A stretch of DNA of 62,690 nt, filler included, from Choristocarpus tenellus KU-1152 (lineage: Eukaryota; Protista; Phaeophyceae), in NCBI GenBank assembly GCA_964200185.2. It is 11 parts of 11 records of this genome, joined end to end, with 100 filler letters (N's around TTAATTAATTAA, not from the genome) between each part and the next. Parts side by side here need not be neighbours in the genome. Positions count along the whole stretch, not along the records: positions 9,691 to 14,045 come from CAXNAD020014955.1; positions 14,146 to 17,413 come from CAXNAD020021149.1; positions 17,514 to 21,796 come from CAXNAD020015306.1; positions 21,897 to 24,923 come from CAXNAD020022846.1; positions 25,024 to 32,759 come from CAXNAD020005662.1; 6 more parts are not named here. One strand, given 5' to 3'. The translations under genes were made by a program, and so were the position numbers. The notes under the pieces were generated by a model. That model was not told the origin of the DNA. It searched no databases and worked only from the letters and a program-made list of their open reading frames with translations. Below, piece by piece: positions 13,201-26,469 of the stretch (its first letter is position 1; each line of letters opens with the position of its first letter).

Positions 13201-13993
13201 TGGGTGTACTACATATTGCGCTTGTACACTACTACCCTAAGGATATGTTGTCAGTGGACCCTGCACCTCACACACTTCAAATTGGAAGTGTGTATTTGCA
13301 GTGTTGATATGTTCAACTTGTTGGCAGGTGCACACTGTGATTGCAGGATATGGATAAGGATCGTGAAGCCACAGAGGAGCTAGTTAGAGAAGTATGTGTA
13401 TGTGTGGGTGGATGACCAGGTTTCAGAGACATGGTGGTCAGAGCATATTTTCTTGTTGTGGTTTAGTTAGCTCGTGCATTTTACATGGAAATAGCTTATC
13501 ACTGAAAGGGGAACGTTGAATCAACAGAGAATGGTGACATAACTTTCAGGGAGAGGTGTTGTTGGGGGCTTCAATCGCCTCATTAGTAGTTGTACTACTA
13601 CTCCATGTACACACCCCTCACAGGAACCAGCCTCTAGTACATGTACCATGGTCCTCTAACTGGCAATAAAACATAGATATGTAAATATGTTACTTTTTCA
13701 CGCCTGCTCTATGGAGATGGAGGCAATCTTACAGTATATATATGATAAAAGCCCTATTGTCAACTACAGGAACAAAACACAACACATACTTCCAGTCACA
13801 ATAAAAATGATTTCAAAATGGCCTCCAGTTACAAGAAAAATGTAAACGCAAATTCTATACAACAGTTGGGCACAAGTGTATCATAGGCAAAGAGGTTGGT
13901 AGGGCCAACATTTAACCTGTCAAGTATGCCTCCAGCGTTGGAGACTTTCTCTTGAAGTACAGTCCTGTCTGCAATTCATACTAGCATGGCAAT

Positions 13994-14045
13994 GGCTCAA
14001 AGTAACTGGGGGGGTTGGGGGGGGGGTCTCCACCAGAGTGTCCAT
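13994..14045 (+). mobile_element. MITE family B left end (broken at contig end)
   Basis: GGCTCAAAGTAACTGGGGGG...GGTCTCCACCAGAGTGTCCAT matches the left end of the 60921 copy. Confidence 0.7.
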
Positions 14046-15348
14046 NNNNNNNNNNNNNNNNNNNNNNNNNNNNNNNNNNNNNNNNNNNNTTAATTAATTA
14101 ANNNNNNNNNNNNNNNNNNNNNNNNNNNNNNNNNNNNNNNNNNNNCAAACCCATCCTCCATAGTATACTCCATCCTCAATTTTGGTGAGAGGCTGTTCAT
14201 TGTGGATCCAGATGTGGACGATTCAATGAATAGGCTGTGCTTTTATCGCCATACTACCAATGAGGAGGAGGTAGTCTCGAGGGCACCAGTGATAATGAGC
14301 CTGTCATTGTGTTGATTTGGAGGCAAATAAGGCCAAATGAAGAGTGGATCAGAACATGCCTGCCACATTCTCCACAACAAGATGAGATGGAGTTCTTCTG
14401 TACTTTTTCTTTAAGATCAGTGATGCAGACGGATACTAGAGAGTTCCTTGACTGGTAGGTGTTGTGATATGTTGTTCCAGATCTTGCACCAATCAATGTT
14501 TTAAGATGCATACACATGTTAAAATTAATCCCATTGAAAAAATGTCATACTTTAGTGAGTAATATAAGTCATTAAGCTGTGGACCACACCAAAGATGTTG
14601 CAGGTTCCTTTTTGGTGGTCTAGATTCTCAACACCTCAAGAGGGCAGACATAAGGGAGGATGTTTTGCTGGGCCTCGACTACTAGGAAAAAATTCCCATA
14701 GATGTCATAAATCCCTAAATACATACGGTGCATCCATGTGCAATGTTGTCCACAACATCCACACATTTACCTCAACACCAGACACCAACCAAGGTGGCAG
14801 CACCTTGAGAGTATGTATCATTTCTATTGGAATCATTGGTATGAAGATGTGGGGTGCATCGAAATATTCTGGTATTATTCATGTTACGACATCTCGATAT
14901 ATATGTAGTAGTGGAGGATATCAGACAAGGCAAAAACTGTGTAGGGGGCAGTCATGGGTTGAAGTAGGCGTCACCTCACATCTCATGGGACCACACTTTT
15001 CTTAAGAAATGCGAGTTTTTGAATTGTTAGTCATTATTTGAAATAACGACGAGTTAAAGGCGTGTTAGGGTGAAAAGAGCGACACATACATACATGAGTG
15101 GACTTTTTTATCTTTCAAAGACGATCATGGATGGAGTCAGTGAATTACACATTGTGGTCAGTAAGGGATGTCAATGAATGGAATGGGATGTCAATTGACA
15201 AGATACGGTAATCATCGAAAAGTGAGTCAATAAGGTATATTTTGTTGGGATGCAAAAAAATGAAATCAAATATGCCTTAAAAGGGTACCTCTACTACATG
15301 CCTCTTCGGCTCTGTGACCAGCCCCAGAGCACGATCGGTTGTTCTTAG

Positions 15349-17183
15349 TGTATCGATCCTGTTAAGGCAGTTCGAACTCTCAGAGTCGCGATGGGACTGA
15401 TGGACGAGGTTGGACTAGTACCCACTCCAAGGAAGGTTAGTGATGTTAATTGTTCACTAAAGGATGCTCATCCTTCTTCCAACCTCTGCGCCTCAGAAGT
15501 CCCAACAGGCCTAAACCCAGTCGACAATGTTTTATGGGCACCTATGTCAGTAGGGCTCACGGAACAGGCAGTAGTGTCGCCGACATCGAACCAGGTGAGG
15601 ACCACATGACCTATTTTTTCAAACGTGTTTGTCGCCGTTTTCCTACTCGATGCCTTGGATGGAGATGCCAAATGCTGCCTACTGTAACCATCTCTGACTT
15701 GACTTGTGCAGGATGAGAACGTAGCAATGGCAAATCACCTGCCAACAAGCACCCCCGTTGCAGACTCTACTGTTCCACGGATCTCGTGCACCGCCGCTGC
15801 AAAGAAGGCGCATCGACAAGAGGTGTTGGAGCTGCGTGCTCGAGGAAAGGAGCTGGACACTCGTCTCAAGACCGCGAAAAGCGACTTGGAAGTGACTCGT
15901 CACCGTCAGGAGTTTTTGCTCGAGGAGGCTGATCAGGTCGGGTTTGAGTATAGAGCTATACCTTGCGTTTATAATTGTGCTCGGGAAATGAAAATCAGTC
16001 GCCTGCCTTTATGATTCTGAAAATTTGGCTTAATACCTGGGAGGACCCAGTCCTTGATAGCTCCCTCAAATAAAGATGGGAGATTCTGAAAATCCTACTG
16101 CACCACTACTGCTGTAGGAAATTTTCGTGGAACCGGTTTGGAAACCTTCATACCTGCAGTCATCGATGCATTAAATCGCCTCGACGCATCTGGATATATC
16201 CATGAGACCATCGTCCTCACATACGTCTAGTTCCCCTTCATTATTTCCCTCTATCAGTGCATTCCTTGTGTAGTTGAACTAGAGGGAGTCGAACTCGACA
16301 TATGCAGGCCAAAGAGTGATGCTGTGTCTACAGACCAGATGGTGGTGAATCGTGCGCTCAGATGCGATAATTATGAAGGAAGTTACCGAGTTCACTGCAT
16401 GAATAAGCCCCCTGTAACCCACCACTCCACCCACTCCCAACTGACCAGGCAAGGGTGTACGGCGCAAAGCTGGCAAGGGAGATGAAGCGCGTCTCTTGCA
16501 TCAAGGAGGCTCTCTCCAAGGACCAACAAGCCGCTCTAGGTGAACTATGCAGGCACCTGGAAGCTATGCAGAAGATAGAACATGCTGAGGCCTTGACACA
16601 TCAGCAGAACAAGTCATTGGAAATTGCACTGCGGGAGGATATTGAGGAGCTTAATCTAAACCTCACTGGCAGTACCACTCATGATAAATTTTCTCGTAAG
16701 GTGGGGGAGGGAGAGGGAGAGGTGGCAGGGGAGGGGATGGGTGGAGACGGAGTGGGAAGCCGAGAGGGCAGAGTTGGTGGTGGTGGCAGCAAACACCAAA
16801 GCAGAGGGAGTTCAGTGGCTGAACTCATGTCTGGGATTGAAGCTGCTTGGGAAGCGGCAGTGATGGAGAGGGAGGGGTTGGCAGTCAATCTAGCAAGACT
16901 GAATATTGATTTTTCTCGGCGTCAACACCTTCTGGACAAGGTCCCCTGCCAAGCAGAGCTGCTCGAGTACCTGATGCGGTTCGAGGAGCTTCACAAGCAT
17001 GCTGGGGCAAGGGAAACTGAGCTACAGCAATGCCAGGGAGGGCTGGCGTCGCTAGGGTTGACAAGGGAATTCATGGCCAAGGAGGTGAAGTTGTTGGACT
17101 CAGTGGCGGGGAGCCTGGAAGTAGCCTTCCAGTCTAGGGCGTCTCGAGAGGAGTTCCAGCGTCAGTTTAAAGGCGTTGTTCAG
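15349..17183 (+). CDS. CCDC93: Coiled-coil domain-containing protein 93 (CCC/Commander complex subunit), partial, 3 exons
   Basis: Exons at about 15349-15594 (start uncertain), 15712-15936 and 16449-17183 join in phase 0 at canonical GT/AG sites. LDKVPCQAELLEYLMRFEELH...FMAKEVKLLDSVAGSLEVAFQSRASREEFQRQFKGVVQ parallels the CCDC93 C-terminal pattern D-x-P-x-R-x-EL-x-QY-x-x-RF-x-EL...EKE-x-x-LL-x-SI...R-x-x-F-x-x-Q. Confidence 0.8.
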
Positions 17184-18021
17184 GTGAGGGGTTCATGATG
17201 GGAAAAGGAGAGCAGGAGAGAGGATCATGTCTCAGCAATTTTTTTTTTAGGAACTGCATTATTTCCAGCTTGTGAATAAAGAAGACAAGCACAGACTACT
17301 TGGATGGTGAGAAAAAAATTGGTTGTAGGTTGTGTTGGAAAAAAAATTGGGGCACTCCTTTGAAATTCAGTAGGAGGGCTATGCAGTATTCGATGCTCTT
17401 GCACCTCAAGATGNNNNNNNNNNNNNNNNNNNNNNNNNNNNNNNNNNNNNNNNNNNNTTAATTAATTAANNNNNNNNNNNNNNNNNNNNNNNNNNNNNNN
17501 NNNNNNNNNNNNNAATGCTACTAGCATCAGATATGTTGGCAATTGAAAGCATACTTTTGCATCTATAATTCGTTTGTACATTATATATTTCATAAAGGAC
17601 AAACCATATTGAAGGAGGCTCAAAATCGAGGATGGAGGATGAGTTTGACCCAAATGGTGCACGGAAAGTGTCCATGTGTTTTTTTGTAAATGTTGCGGCA
17701 CTTTTTAAGTGTCCCTTTTTGAATGGGAATCCATGGTGGTAGTAGGACAGTGTGTGGGGGGCGGCAATGATTTCGTTTGATCTTTGCACACATGTATTAT
17801 GCCCTGCGTTGGATTGCTTGCTTGAATAATTAGTGCGGTCGGTGGAGTTGTTTGACTGTCGATGGTGGAGGTGGTAGAAAAAAATAGTACTTCGAAGTAG
17901 TTTTTGGGGGGGCGGCGTTTCATCGTCATTATGGATGGTTGACTGAGAAGAAGTGTTATTTTCCCATAATATTAAATTGTTTATCAATTATTGCTATCGT
18001 CTCCAAGTAGAAGAAGAAGCT

Positions 18022-18152
18022 GTGCAAATTACGTTGGGAGGTAATGCTATTTGTTAGTAGTGAAGATAAGAAGGTGTGAAGCCTCACACCCCCTTTGCTC
18101 AACATGATCACATGGTTGAAATTAGAAGAGTGACCTTTGCGGGGTCTCTTCT
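18022..18152 (+). repeat. Dispersed repeat of about 130 bp (second copy about 21512-21650)
   Basis: TGCAAATTAC(G/C)TTGGGAGGTAATG..TAGTGAAGATAAGAAGGTGTGAAGCCTCACAC..GAAATTAGAAGAGTGACCTTTG occurs twice in contig 4. Confidence 0.85.
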
Positions 18153-18405
18153 GAGCCAAAGTATCTTAAAGGGTAGAGCCGCGTCCATTTGGGGGCCAAA
18201 TTCCATTGTTGCGATTTTGATGCAATTTTGACTATCGTGTTTGTTAGGTCAACATCCTTGTTCCGGACCCACCTTTTCATAGCGTATACATTTTACCTAC
18301 TCAGAAATATTTTGGAGTAGGTGAAAGTCGTATAAACCCCAAGGGAAATCAAGCCCCAAATCGACAAACCGGGCAAAACTCGTACCCTCTAAGATACTTT
18401 CACTT
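18153..18405 (-). mobile_element. MITE family A copy
   Basis: Terminal inverted repeats (TIRs) GAGCCAAAGTATCTTAAAGGGTA...TACCCTCTAAGATACTTTCACTT; internal sequence colinear with the 55151 copy in reverse. Confidence 0.9.
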
Positions 18406-21400
18406 GTGATCATGCCAATCATGCACAGAGTGCTCGGTACGCACCACCATGCACACCACGCATGAACTGCTATCACACCAATGGCCTCATGAAGCCCTTT
18501 TCAGCAGTCTCCAGTCTCTCGAGCAAACTACAACAGTCTGTAGGGTTGGAAGCATAATAGCCAACCTTGAATTTCAATCCGCCTCACGCACTCCTGCCAT
18601 CCATATCCCTTCCTCAAAAGGGGAGGGTTAACCCACCTAATTGATGCGGTCCAACTCAAGCGTACCACCCAAGGATTGATTATAACAATAACGTGGAAGT
18701 GGCGGAGCTTTGTGTTGGTCTTTGATTTTATAATCCCATAGAAATACAGAGCCCCCACCTCGTACAGTGTGTGGTGTATGATGCCCAGCCCCGCCCATCA
18801 TTTCCAGTCTTGTGAAGAGGAATAAATGAAAAGCAACAAATACTCGAGAAAGCAACGGGTAGGCACAACCCTGTCCTCCAGCACACACCAGCACAAATAC
18901 CTAAGAGATGTAGCCATACTAAGTCTTGTGTAATGCCAATTGGTCGCAAAGTTCTTAACTTCTACAGCCACGAATGGGATGTACCACTCAATTTGCAGAC
19001 CGGGGAGTGGTATCTGGGGACCGTGCCCTCTCACATACCCCCAAATCCAGTATCAATCTCCATAGCGCCACAGAGCCCTCTTCAGAGATACAAACCATGG
19101 TATAATGCTACATAGAGTGCCACCGTAGCCTTCTCAAGAGTGCTCGAGTTTACTACAGGTTTTGCTAGAGAGCAGGCTACAGCATTTCACATATACAGTA
19201 AGTGGCCTTGCAGTCGTTGTGACTGAAGCACAGCAAGCCAATTTCTTAAACCTTTAGAGCCCTCGGACTGAACACTATACCCTAACCTACTCCTGCAGTA
19301 AGTGTGTCAGGTACCTACATCTTTTTGTGAGGGAGAATACACAGACCTTTCTACATGAAACCTCTTATCCAGTCGGGGCTCACCATCCGTCTGACACACA
19401 CAGTCTACGTCACACAGACAGAAATTTTGGACAGATGGAGGTTGGGCTGTACGTACTGCTGGTGCTACACAGTGGCACGCCCTGTGAAAATCAACACACT
19501 CATCGCCCCGTTGCTTCCTTGGGGCACATGTGCATAGCGACTTCATCTTTTGGGTGTTCTTCCTAGAGACAGGTATAGCATTCATTAACTAAACCCTAGC
19601 CCAGGAAACTTGCAGCCATCTGAACAACACCGGCTATTTGCCTGTACGATACGCTAGGGGTAAGGATGGAGAGGAGCAGCGGTAGCAAACCATGTGGATT
19701 AGGCAATAAAGCGTGCCAAATATGTAGGAAACATTGGCAGTTGAGGACTTGAGACATCAAACAACACATTGGAACTACACAATATTCCAGTCCCCAGGAA
19801 AAGAGGATGCACTCGTACTGCACTTGCTGTCTCCTACAAACCTGGAAAGGAGTCTGTTCGAGGATATGACCTCTCATCCTCTTCGTAGGTATCTCCACAC
19901 CACGAGAGCTTACAAGGAAAAAAAAACTACTGCCCTGGAGCCTACACAAGTACACAACAGACTCACATGCTAGGGCTGACACACAGCCCCCGGACCCTTG
20001 AATCTCAGCAGTGCTCGGGAAGAGGTGGCGACATACTCTTGAATCCTCAAGATGTGTGGCAACCTGCCGCGCTTGCTTCAGATTGAATAGGAACTTGCTG
20101 TGATCCTCATCGCATCCACGTTCAAAGGGGCAGCAACCGCCGCTCGAATTCAGGACCTCTGACTACTGGGTACTTACACGACCCCATACCCAGCACTGTC
20201 CTTCATCATTCCTCTCTGCAATTCTCTCTCATCTCTGCGGCAGGATCAGATCACCCCCTATCCATTGCTTTATGTCCCCGTCCCCCCTCGAGCGATTGCA
20301 ACCTTGAAGCGTTCCCCACACAACCTATCGGACCATCAGATTCTGAGCCCCAACGGCTTGGGGGCCACCACTTTCAACAGCAATGACTGCCGTCAAAGGT
20401 TTGACCTTGACCATATCCGGCACGCAATCCGCTTGTTTCTCAAAAACCACCCCTATCATCCACTCAAGAGCTACCACAGCCAAGAGGCCCGAGGCGCCCA
20501 ACAACTGCAAGTCATAGGACAAAAACGTATTCTGTGGGTACGTCTGCAAAGAAGTGGCACCTTACATGGGAGAAAATCCAACATCCCGACGGTAAAGTGA
20601 CGCATTTACAGGCTCAACACTACTGCGTGGAATGGGAATACAAACTGCAATCAAATCAAGCCCAGGAGGTTGGCTGTTGTTCCATTACAAGCAGTACCAC
20701 AACTTGCTCTGGAAAAGACGATGCAAATCTTAGGTTCTCTGTGTTCCAGCTGATGAGGGGGCTCGAGTTACATCACCAGGTGAATCTCTGTCAGGCACCG
20801 CAGCTGATAAACAATTCAGCAGCTTGCCAGCCTTTCCCAGTCTCCTTTCCTTACGCATTGTGGTCCTGGAGTAAGACCTGATACATAGTGCCGTAGCAAG
20901 GGCACTAGGTTGATTAGCGATGTACGGCAGGTTGGCTCAAGCCGCCAGGCCAAACTTCCGACCTCTGCCTCCTCGTTACAGTTTATACCATACTTAGCTC
21001 GCTCCCAACCTAGATGTAATCCGGAGTACAAATATGATGGGAAGGGCGAAAAGAGTGGACCTTATCCAAATGTTAGCGATCTTAGAAAACTTGAGGTTTT
21101 CTCGCTTCTGCCATACTGCTCTCTTAGCGGACATCAAAACGGATGACAATGAGGTCGTCAGTCGTTCCAAAGGTCTTGCCGCATGTACAGACTGAGTGAC
21201 CCTTTCAGTCGCCCGACCTTTTCTTGTTTCTAGCGCATCCCAACCTGCAGGTTCACTGCTTCTTCAAGACACTTTGGCGGGGGTCCCGATATATATAAGG
21301 TTGAGGTATCGCTACACGGGTCTCTAACAGAGTTCGACTTTGTTCAAACCAACTCTTAACCTACCTTACACATGAGATTAAAGCTATGGATGAAGCAAAC

Positions 21401-21896
21401 CCTTAACATGTGTGTTCTATGTCATGGTTGATAAGAGAGCAGAGGGAGTACAGTAACCAAGGATCACACTACGGCGATCTCCATCGCGTGCGTGGACACA
21501 CGCATAATATCATGCAAATTACCTTGGGAGGTAATGATATTTGTCAGTAGTGAAGATAAGAAGGTGTGAAGCCTCACACGACCCCTTTCGCCGAACGTGA
21601 AAAGAATGGAAGATTGAAATTAGAAGAGTGACCTTTGTGGGGTGTCTTCTCAGTGTTTATTTACTATTATTGTGTATCCGCTATCTATTTCAAAGTAGCG
21701 AAAGGGAACGAATAATAAACAAATTCCATATATAATCTGGATGTACTATCTCATTAGTTACATCACATGGATTCAATCGAACACAATCATCTCATANNNN
21801 NNNNNNNNNNNNNNNNNNNNNNNNNNNNNNNNNNNNNNNNTTAATTAATTAANNNNNNNNNNNNNNNNNNNNNNNNNNNNNNNNNNNNNNNNNNNN

Positions 21897-22011
21897 TTTA
21901 CCTACTCCTGAACATTTTGGAGTAGGAAAATGTAACAAAAAACCCCATGGGAAGCCAAGCCCCAAATGGACAAACATGGCAAAACTCGTATCCTCTAAGA
22001 TACTTTCACTC
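21897..22011 (-). mobile_element. MITE family A half copy at contig start
   Basis: Internal palindrome plus CCCCAAATGGACAAACATGGCAAAACTCGTATCCTCTAAGATACTTTCACTC. Confidence 0.85.
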
Positions 22012-23003
22012 AGCACGACCTTGACAAGTTCAAGTCCGAAACGAGCGCCGCCAACGAGAGAGCAGTCGCCCTTCTCCAGACCCGACCAGGAGGCATCCTA
22101 ATCACATGCACCGCCCTCGGAGACAACCACGATCCGGATTGTATCCAACTCCTCATCAACGAACTCTCCACCTTCTGCAATTTTGCGCTGGCAAAGACAC
22201 CGATAGCTGGTGGCGTACCCACGCCTATACCTTGGGGAGGACCCGACCCAATAGGTGATAAAGAGGAAAAGGAGACGCCATCGCCTAACCTTACAGTAGG
22301 TGCGGGAAGCGGGACACTACATGCGGGAAGGCATCCAACCACACCCTCGGAACACGACTCTGAAGGCAATGGGGACCGACCTGATTGTAACGCTTTGTCA
22401 TGTCCAGAGGAAGATGTCTGGGAGGACGTGGGGGGGCGGCTAGGCACGGACTTAGAGTCCATGCCTGTCAGGAGTGACCCCGGAATGTCCCCAAACGTCC
22501 ATGCGGTGGGCAGCAGCAGCGATGAGTCCATTGATCCCGACCCAATGGGTAGAGGAAACAGGAATGACGATACTGTGGAGCGAAATGCAAACTATGCCCA
22601 TGCCGAGTCAACAACACCAAGGGTTGATTTGACGTCATCAGGTTACTTGCATAGGGACAAGCCTTCCGCAAAAGGTAAATGGGAGGCCAAAATGACGGTA
22701 ATTACGAAGAAGAGGTTGGGAGAAGGTGCTGAACGGATGAGACCGTTCAAACAGTCTCGTGGACATGACGGTAGAGATTTAGAGCCTAGCTTTTGCTTTT
22801 TTGCGGACGTCTTCGCTTCTACCAGAAAGGGCAGAGACGCGGAAAATGCAGCGCCATCTACTACAAGGCATGAGGATGACGACAAAACGTCCGTGCATGG
22901 TGATGACAACTGCGTGACAGAGGACGCAGTCGACTCCGGCGATGCATCCGTCGTGGGGATCATCGAAGCCTTCATGGAGGCATGCGTTACCGAGCTCCTA
23001 TGA
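22011..23003 (+). CDS. Uninterrupted reading frame of about 330 codons, function unknown (probably transposon-derived), 5'-truncated by a MITE
   Basis: The frame of track ORF 22395-23003 stays open upstream to the MITE end (QHDLDKFKSETSAANERAVALLQTRPGG...). It is GC-richer than the flanks, and I recognise no domain. Confidence 0.35.
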   Translation, partial: QHDLDKFKSETSAANERAVALLQTRPGGILITCTALGDNHDPDCIQLLINELSTFCNFALAKTPIAGGVPTPIPWGGPDPIGDKEEKETPSPNLTVGAGSGTLHAGRHPTTPSEHDSEGNGDRPDCNALSCPEEDVWEDVGGRLGTDLESMPVRSDPGMSPNVHAVGSSSDESIDPDPMGRGNRNDDTVERNANYAHAESTTPRVDLTSSGYLHRDKPSAKGKWEAKMTVITKKRLGEGAERMRPFKQSRGHDGRDLEPSFCFFADVFASTRKGRDAENAAPSTTRHEDDDKTSVHGDDNCVTEDAVDSGDASVVGIIEAFMEACVTELL

Positions 23004-24239
23004 TCAGCAACAAAACCCGCTTCATTGCAGTACCGAGTACAAACCCCAATCCTTACCCAGGTCATATAGGACCATGGGTTCAGGCTCCTAAAGGCCGGCA
23101 GAGCAGCCAAAAATCTTGTATTCGGGGATGACTGCTATGTCCATGAGCCCACACAGCTAAAACTCCACGGCCGTGGAGGGAAGCCCAGCAGCACGTTGCG
23201 TCCGGAGCATGTGGAAGCACTCCATGAAAGGAAGGCCATCTGCATGAGCCTCGTGAAGCCCAAACCCTGGAACGACAGGTACTCCACGTGCCTAAATCTC
23301 TGGCACCTTCAAACCGAGGCATACCCGAATCTTGTAGAGTAGTGGGAGAAGGGTGAGGAATGCTATTTCGAAACCGCCCACCAATTGAAATAGGGCTTCA
23401 GTTGTTTCAGTGTTTTGTTGAAGTACGGGTCGAGTTATTTGTGTCTGATTGGTGCATCAGTGCACCTTGCCTTGGTGTCCGACTACCATGTTCATACAGT
23501 TTCCATTCGATGGGTTATGCATTTACACAGTGGTATTGGATACATTGCTACCAGTCAGAGGTGTCAGTGTATCAGATATGATACTCATCTTGAGGATTAG
23601 ACCTGTGTTCTTGTTTGTTTACACAGAGCGTGTCTAATACAAGGTTCAGACTACTGAAATATAATACATTTTTAAACAACTCTTCTCCATCTTTTCCACT
23701 AAGTTTCCAATCAATTCACCAAGGCCTGCGATGGATACGTTGTCTTCTTACCAGCCGCTAATTATTCCGTGAACCCTACTACCTAGATCCCCCCTGCTTC
23801 TCAATACTCTATGCACCATCTCATACTTTGTCTAAGTGTTGACAAACGAGGGTCGATCTCGTCCTCCTTCAAATATTGGAGGATCATATGCCGAAGTCCT
23901 CGCCCGATGCTCCTAAGCACAACACCAACCCTGAACCTACCCCAAACACGTGCCATGAACTCGACAAATGGCCTAGATCTCCACCCTCACACACCGACAC
24001 TAACCATAATATTACCCTAACACTTACACTGAGCCCATCTGCATCTCGTGGCAACCTAAAATAGACAAGAGTCTTACATGAATTACGTAGCAGTGTCGTC
24101 ATCGACCTTACTTACACCAAACCAACCCTAGCTCATCAGGATTTATTCAACCCACTAACCCTAACCTAGAACCAAGGGAAGTATATCTTGAGATACTTCC
24201 AGCGAAACGTACGACAATGGACCTTGACCAATAACCCTT

Positions 24240-24923
24240 TGTGAACACTTCCAGAATCCGTCGACACATTGCATCAAAGAAACACTACACTAACCTGAAA
24301 GCGAAACCTGACCCTTTTCCCTTCCTTCATGCCAACAACTTTAACCCTAACACCCTGAGCGACAATCCCGTTTGTGTACATATTAAATCCGACACATGCA
24401 AGAAAATAAACGAAATACTAAATTTAAAACAGTCTTGGTATATGTTTTAGTTCCTCTTGCACACACTGGGAGAACAGGCCCTAACTGACAGTCCTCTTTG
24501 TGTACATACCAGACACGACTCATGCAAGCAAATAAACGAAAAAGTTAACCTCGAAACAGTCCATGGTCTCTTTTTCAATTCTTTGTGCTAACACTGTGAA
24601 AACACACCCTAACAGACAGCCCTCTTTATATGCTAACCAAATCCCACTTATGCAACCAAACAAACCAATAACTAGCCCTGAAACAACCAATGGCATATCT
24701 CTCATTCTTCATCCTAACTGTACGACCAACATACACCAACCAATAGGCCTGTTTGAACATATTCGAAATCCGACACATGCAAACGCCGAAGTCCTAACCA
24801 AGCCCAAATAAATGGTGGCATATATTCCCATTCCTCTTGCGTACGCAAAGACAGAAGGGAACCTAACCAACAGTCTTATTTTTTTTGCCCACATTTCAAA
24901 TCCGACACGTGCAACCAAATCAC
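24240..24923 (+). repeat. Degenerate tandem array with a period of about 130 bp (6 units)
   Basis: AAATCCGACACATGCAA-like core at about 24256, 24385, 24506, 24639, 24766 and 24898. Confidence 0.7.
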
Positions 24924-25624
24924 NNNNNNNNNNNNNNNNNNNNNNNNNNNNNNNNNNNNNNNNNNNNTTAATTAATTAANNNNNNNNNNNNNNNNNNNNN
25001 NNNNNNNNNNNNNNNNNNNNNNNCCCCCCAGATACTTTGACCCAAACTATAATCAGTCTTGTTATTGGTCTGGTCTCAGCGCTCAAATGTAGACCGTACT
25101 CCATTGGTGTGGAGTTTCTGATATACGTTTATACATAAGGATACATACACACACATCTCAAATGCACTGCAACCCCCATGACTGTGTAGATTGTGTCAGC
25201 AACACCTGACCGTGGAAACTTGCATTCGTGTTCTCTTTGGTATTTACAATGCAGTACATATATAACTTGTACTGAAATTCTGGGTGCAGTTGCCCTCAGA
25301 GTGTGGGACACTAGTTGCGGTATGGTGAACAATACCATATCCCTCGAATCTTTCAGCACACACAAGTGGTAATGTCCGTTTGTCACCAAGCACAAATGTG
25401 AGCTTCCACCATTACAGTGGTACACTTGTGCTCGTTAATGAGCCTTCGATCCATTATTAAGCAGATGCTTGGACAAGCAGAGTCCTCAGACCTTGTTGAC
25501 ATGCACCCAGGAGATATCAGCATCTATTGTAGCCTTGGTTGTAGTTTTGAGTCGTTTGAGTGCACCTTTACGTTTGCCCAGCACAGCATATTCTTGATAT
25601 TACAGTTTGTCGACTTTCACATAT

Positions 25625-26136
25625 GAGCCAAGCCAATGGAGAGGTAGTAGGCAGGGTTAAATTTTGAGTCAGAGTAAGTGAGAGTTAACCAAAGATATTG
25701 ACAAAAATGTGCTTAGATCGGCCTTTGTATGAATGGGAACAGGGACTTTCTTTATTTATTTTTATTATTATTGAACAATAGAGAGATTAACGCTATGAAG
25801 TTAATCTTAGCACTTCTTCCATATAAATATGGATGAATTCCCAAGAGATTAAAAGGGTTGCTTAGAAAGCTAAACGACCAAAATGTGGGTACCTCTTGTT
25901 TACTTTGCCTCTTCAAGGGTCCCGATAAAGGGCACAAAAAGACGACATTTGTACAATCGCAAAAAGAGTATTTTTTTGGTTGTGATGTTGCTTTTTGTGT
26001 GGAAAGGGCGGATACCAATTTCGCGTACACTATTGTGCACATAGAACAATTAAATAGAGTGTATTGCACAAGGTAAGAAAGATGGCTTAGAATGCAAAGG
26101 GGTTTAAACCTGCCTATCTCTCCATTGATTTGACTC
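25625..26136 (+). mobile_element. MITE family C copy
   Basis: Imperfect TIRs GAGCCAAGCCAATGGAGAG..TAGGCAGG / CCTGCCTATCTCTCCATTGATTTGACTC; flanks ATAT/ACAT; the 3' half aligns with 39930-40133 and 42872-43129. Confidence 0.75.
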
Positions 26137-26222
26137 ACATTAGGAAAGGCGGCTCATGATGTGTCACAACCTATGGGAAGGACTCGTCTCCCTTCGTAAT
26201 CTTTGACTCCGAGTACAAAGCA

Positions 26223-26469
26223 GACTGAAAGTATCTGGGAGAGGGTGGTAACTGCCCATTTGGGGTCAATTTTTTCATGTCGCGATTTTTGGGTGATGAG
26301 GTTGCATTCACCAGATGGATACTATTCCTGGTTATGACCCAAATGGACACTCTGATGTAGACCCCCCCCCCCCCCCCCCCCCCCCCTCTTGGTTTGCCAC
26401 CTTTTTTTTTCCTCTTTCTTCTTTTTTTTTTTTTTNNNNNNNNNNCCCCCCCTCCAGATATTTTGGGTC
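26223..26469 (-). mobile_element. MITE family B copy with 4-bp TSD AGCA
   Basis: AGCA|GACTGAAAGTATCTGGGAG...CCTCCAGATATTTTGGGTC|AGCA. Confidence 0.85.

Noticed and set aside
10300-13400. Multiple 60-160 aa ORFs in contig 2
   Set aside because: They show no recognisable motifs or consistent splice structure. Probably decayed retroelement DNA, but not assignable.
18450-21300. Dense short ORFs in contig 4
   Set aside because: It looks like a decayed retroelement, but I could not confirm a diagnostic RT, integrase or recombinase motif.
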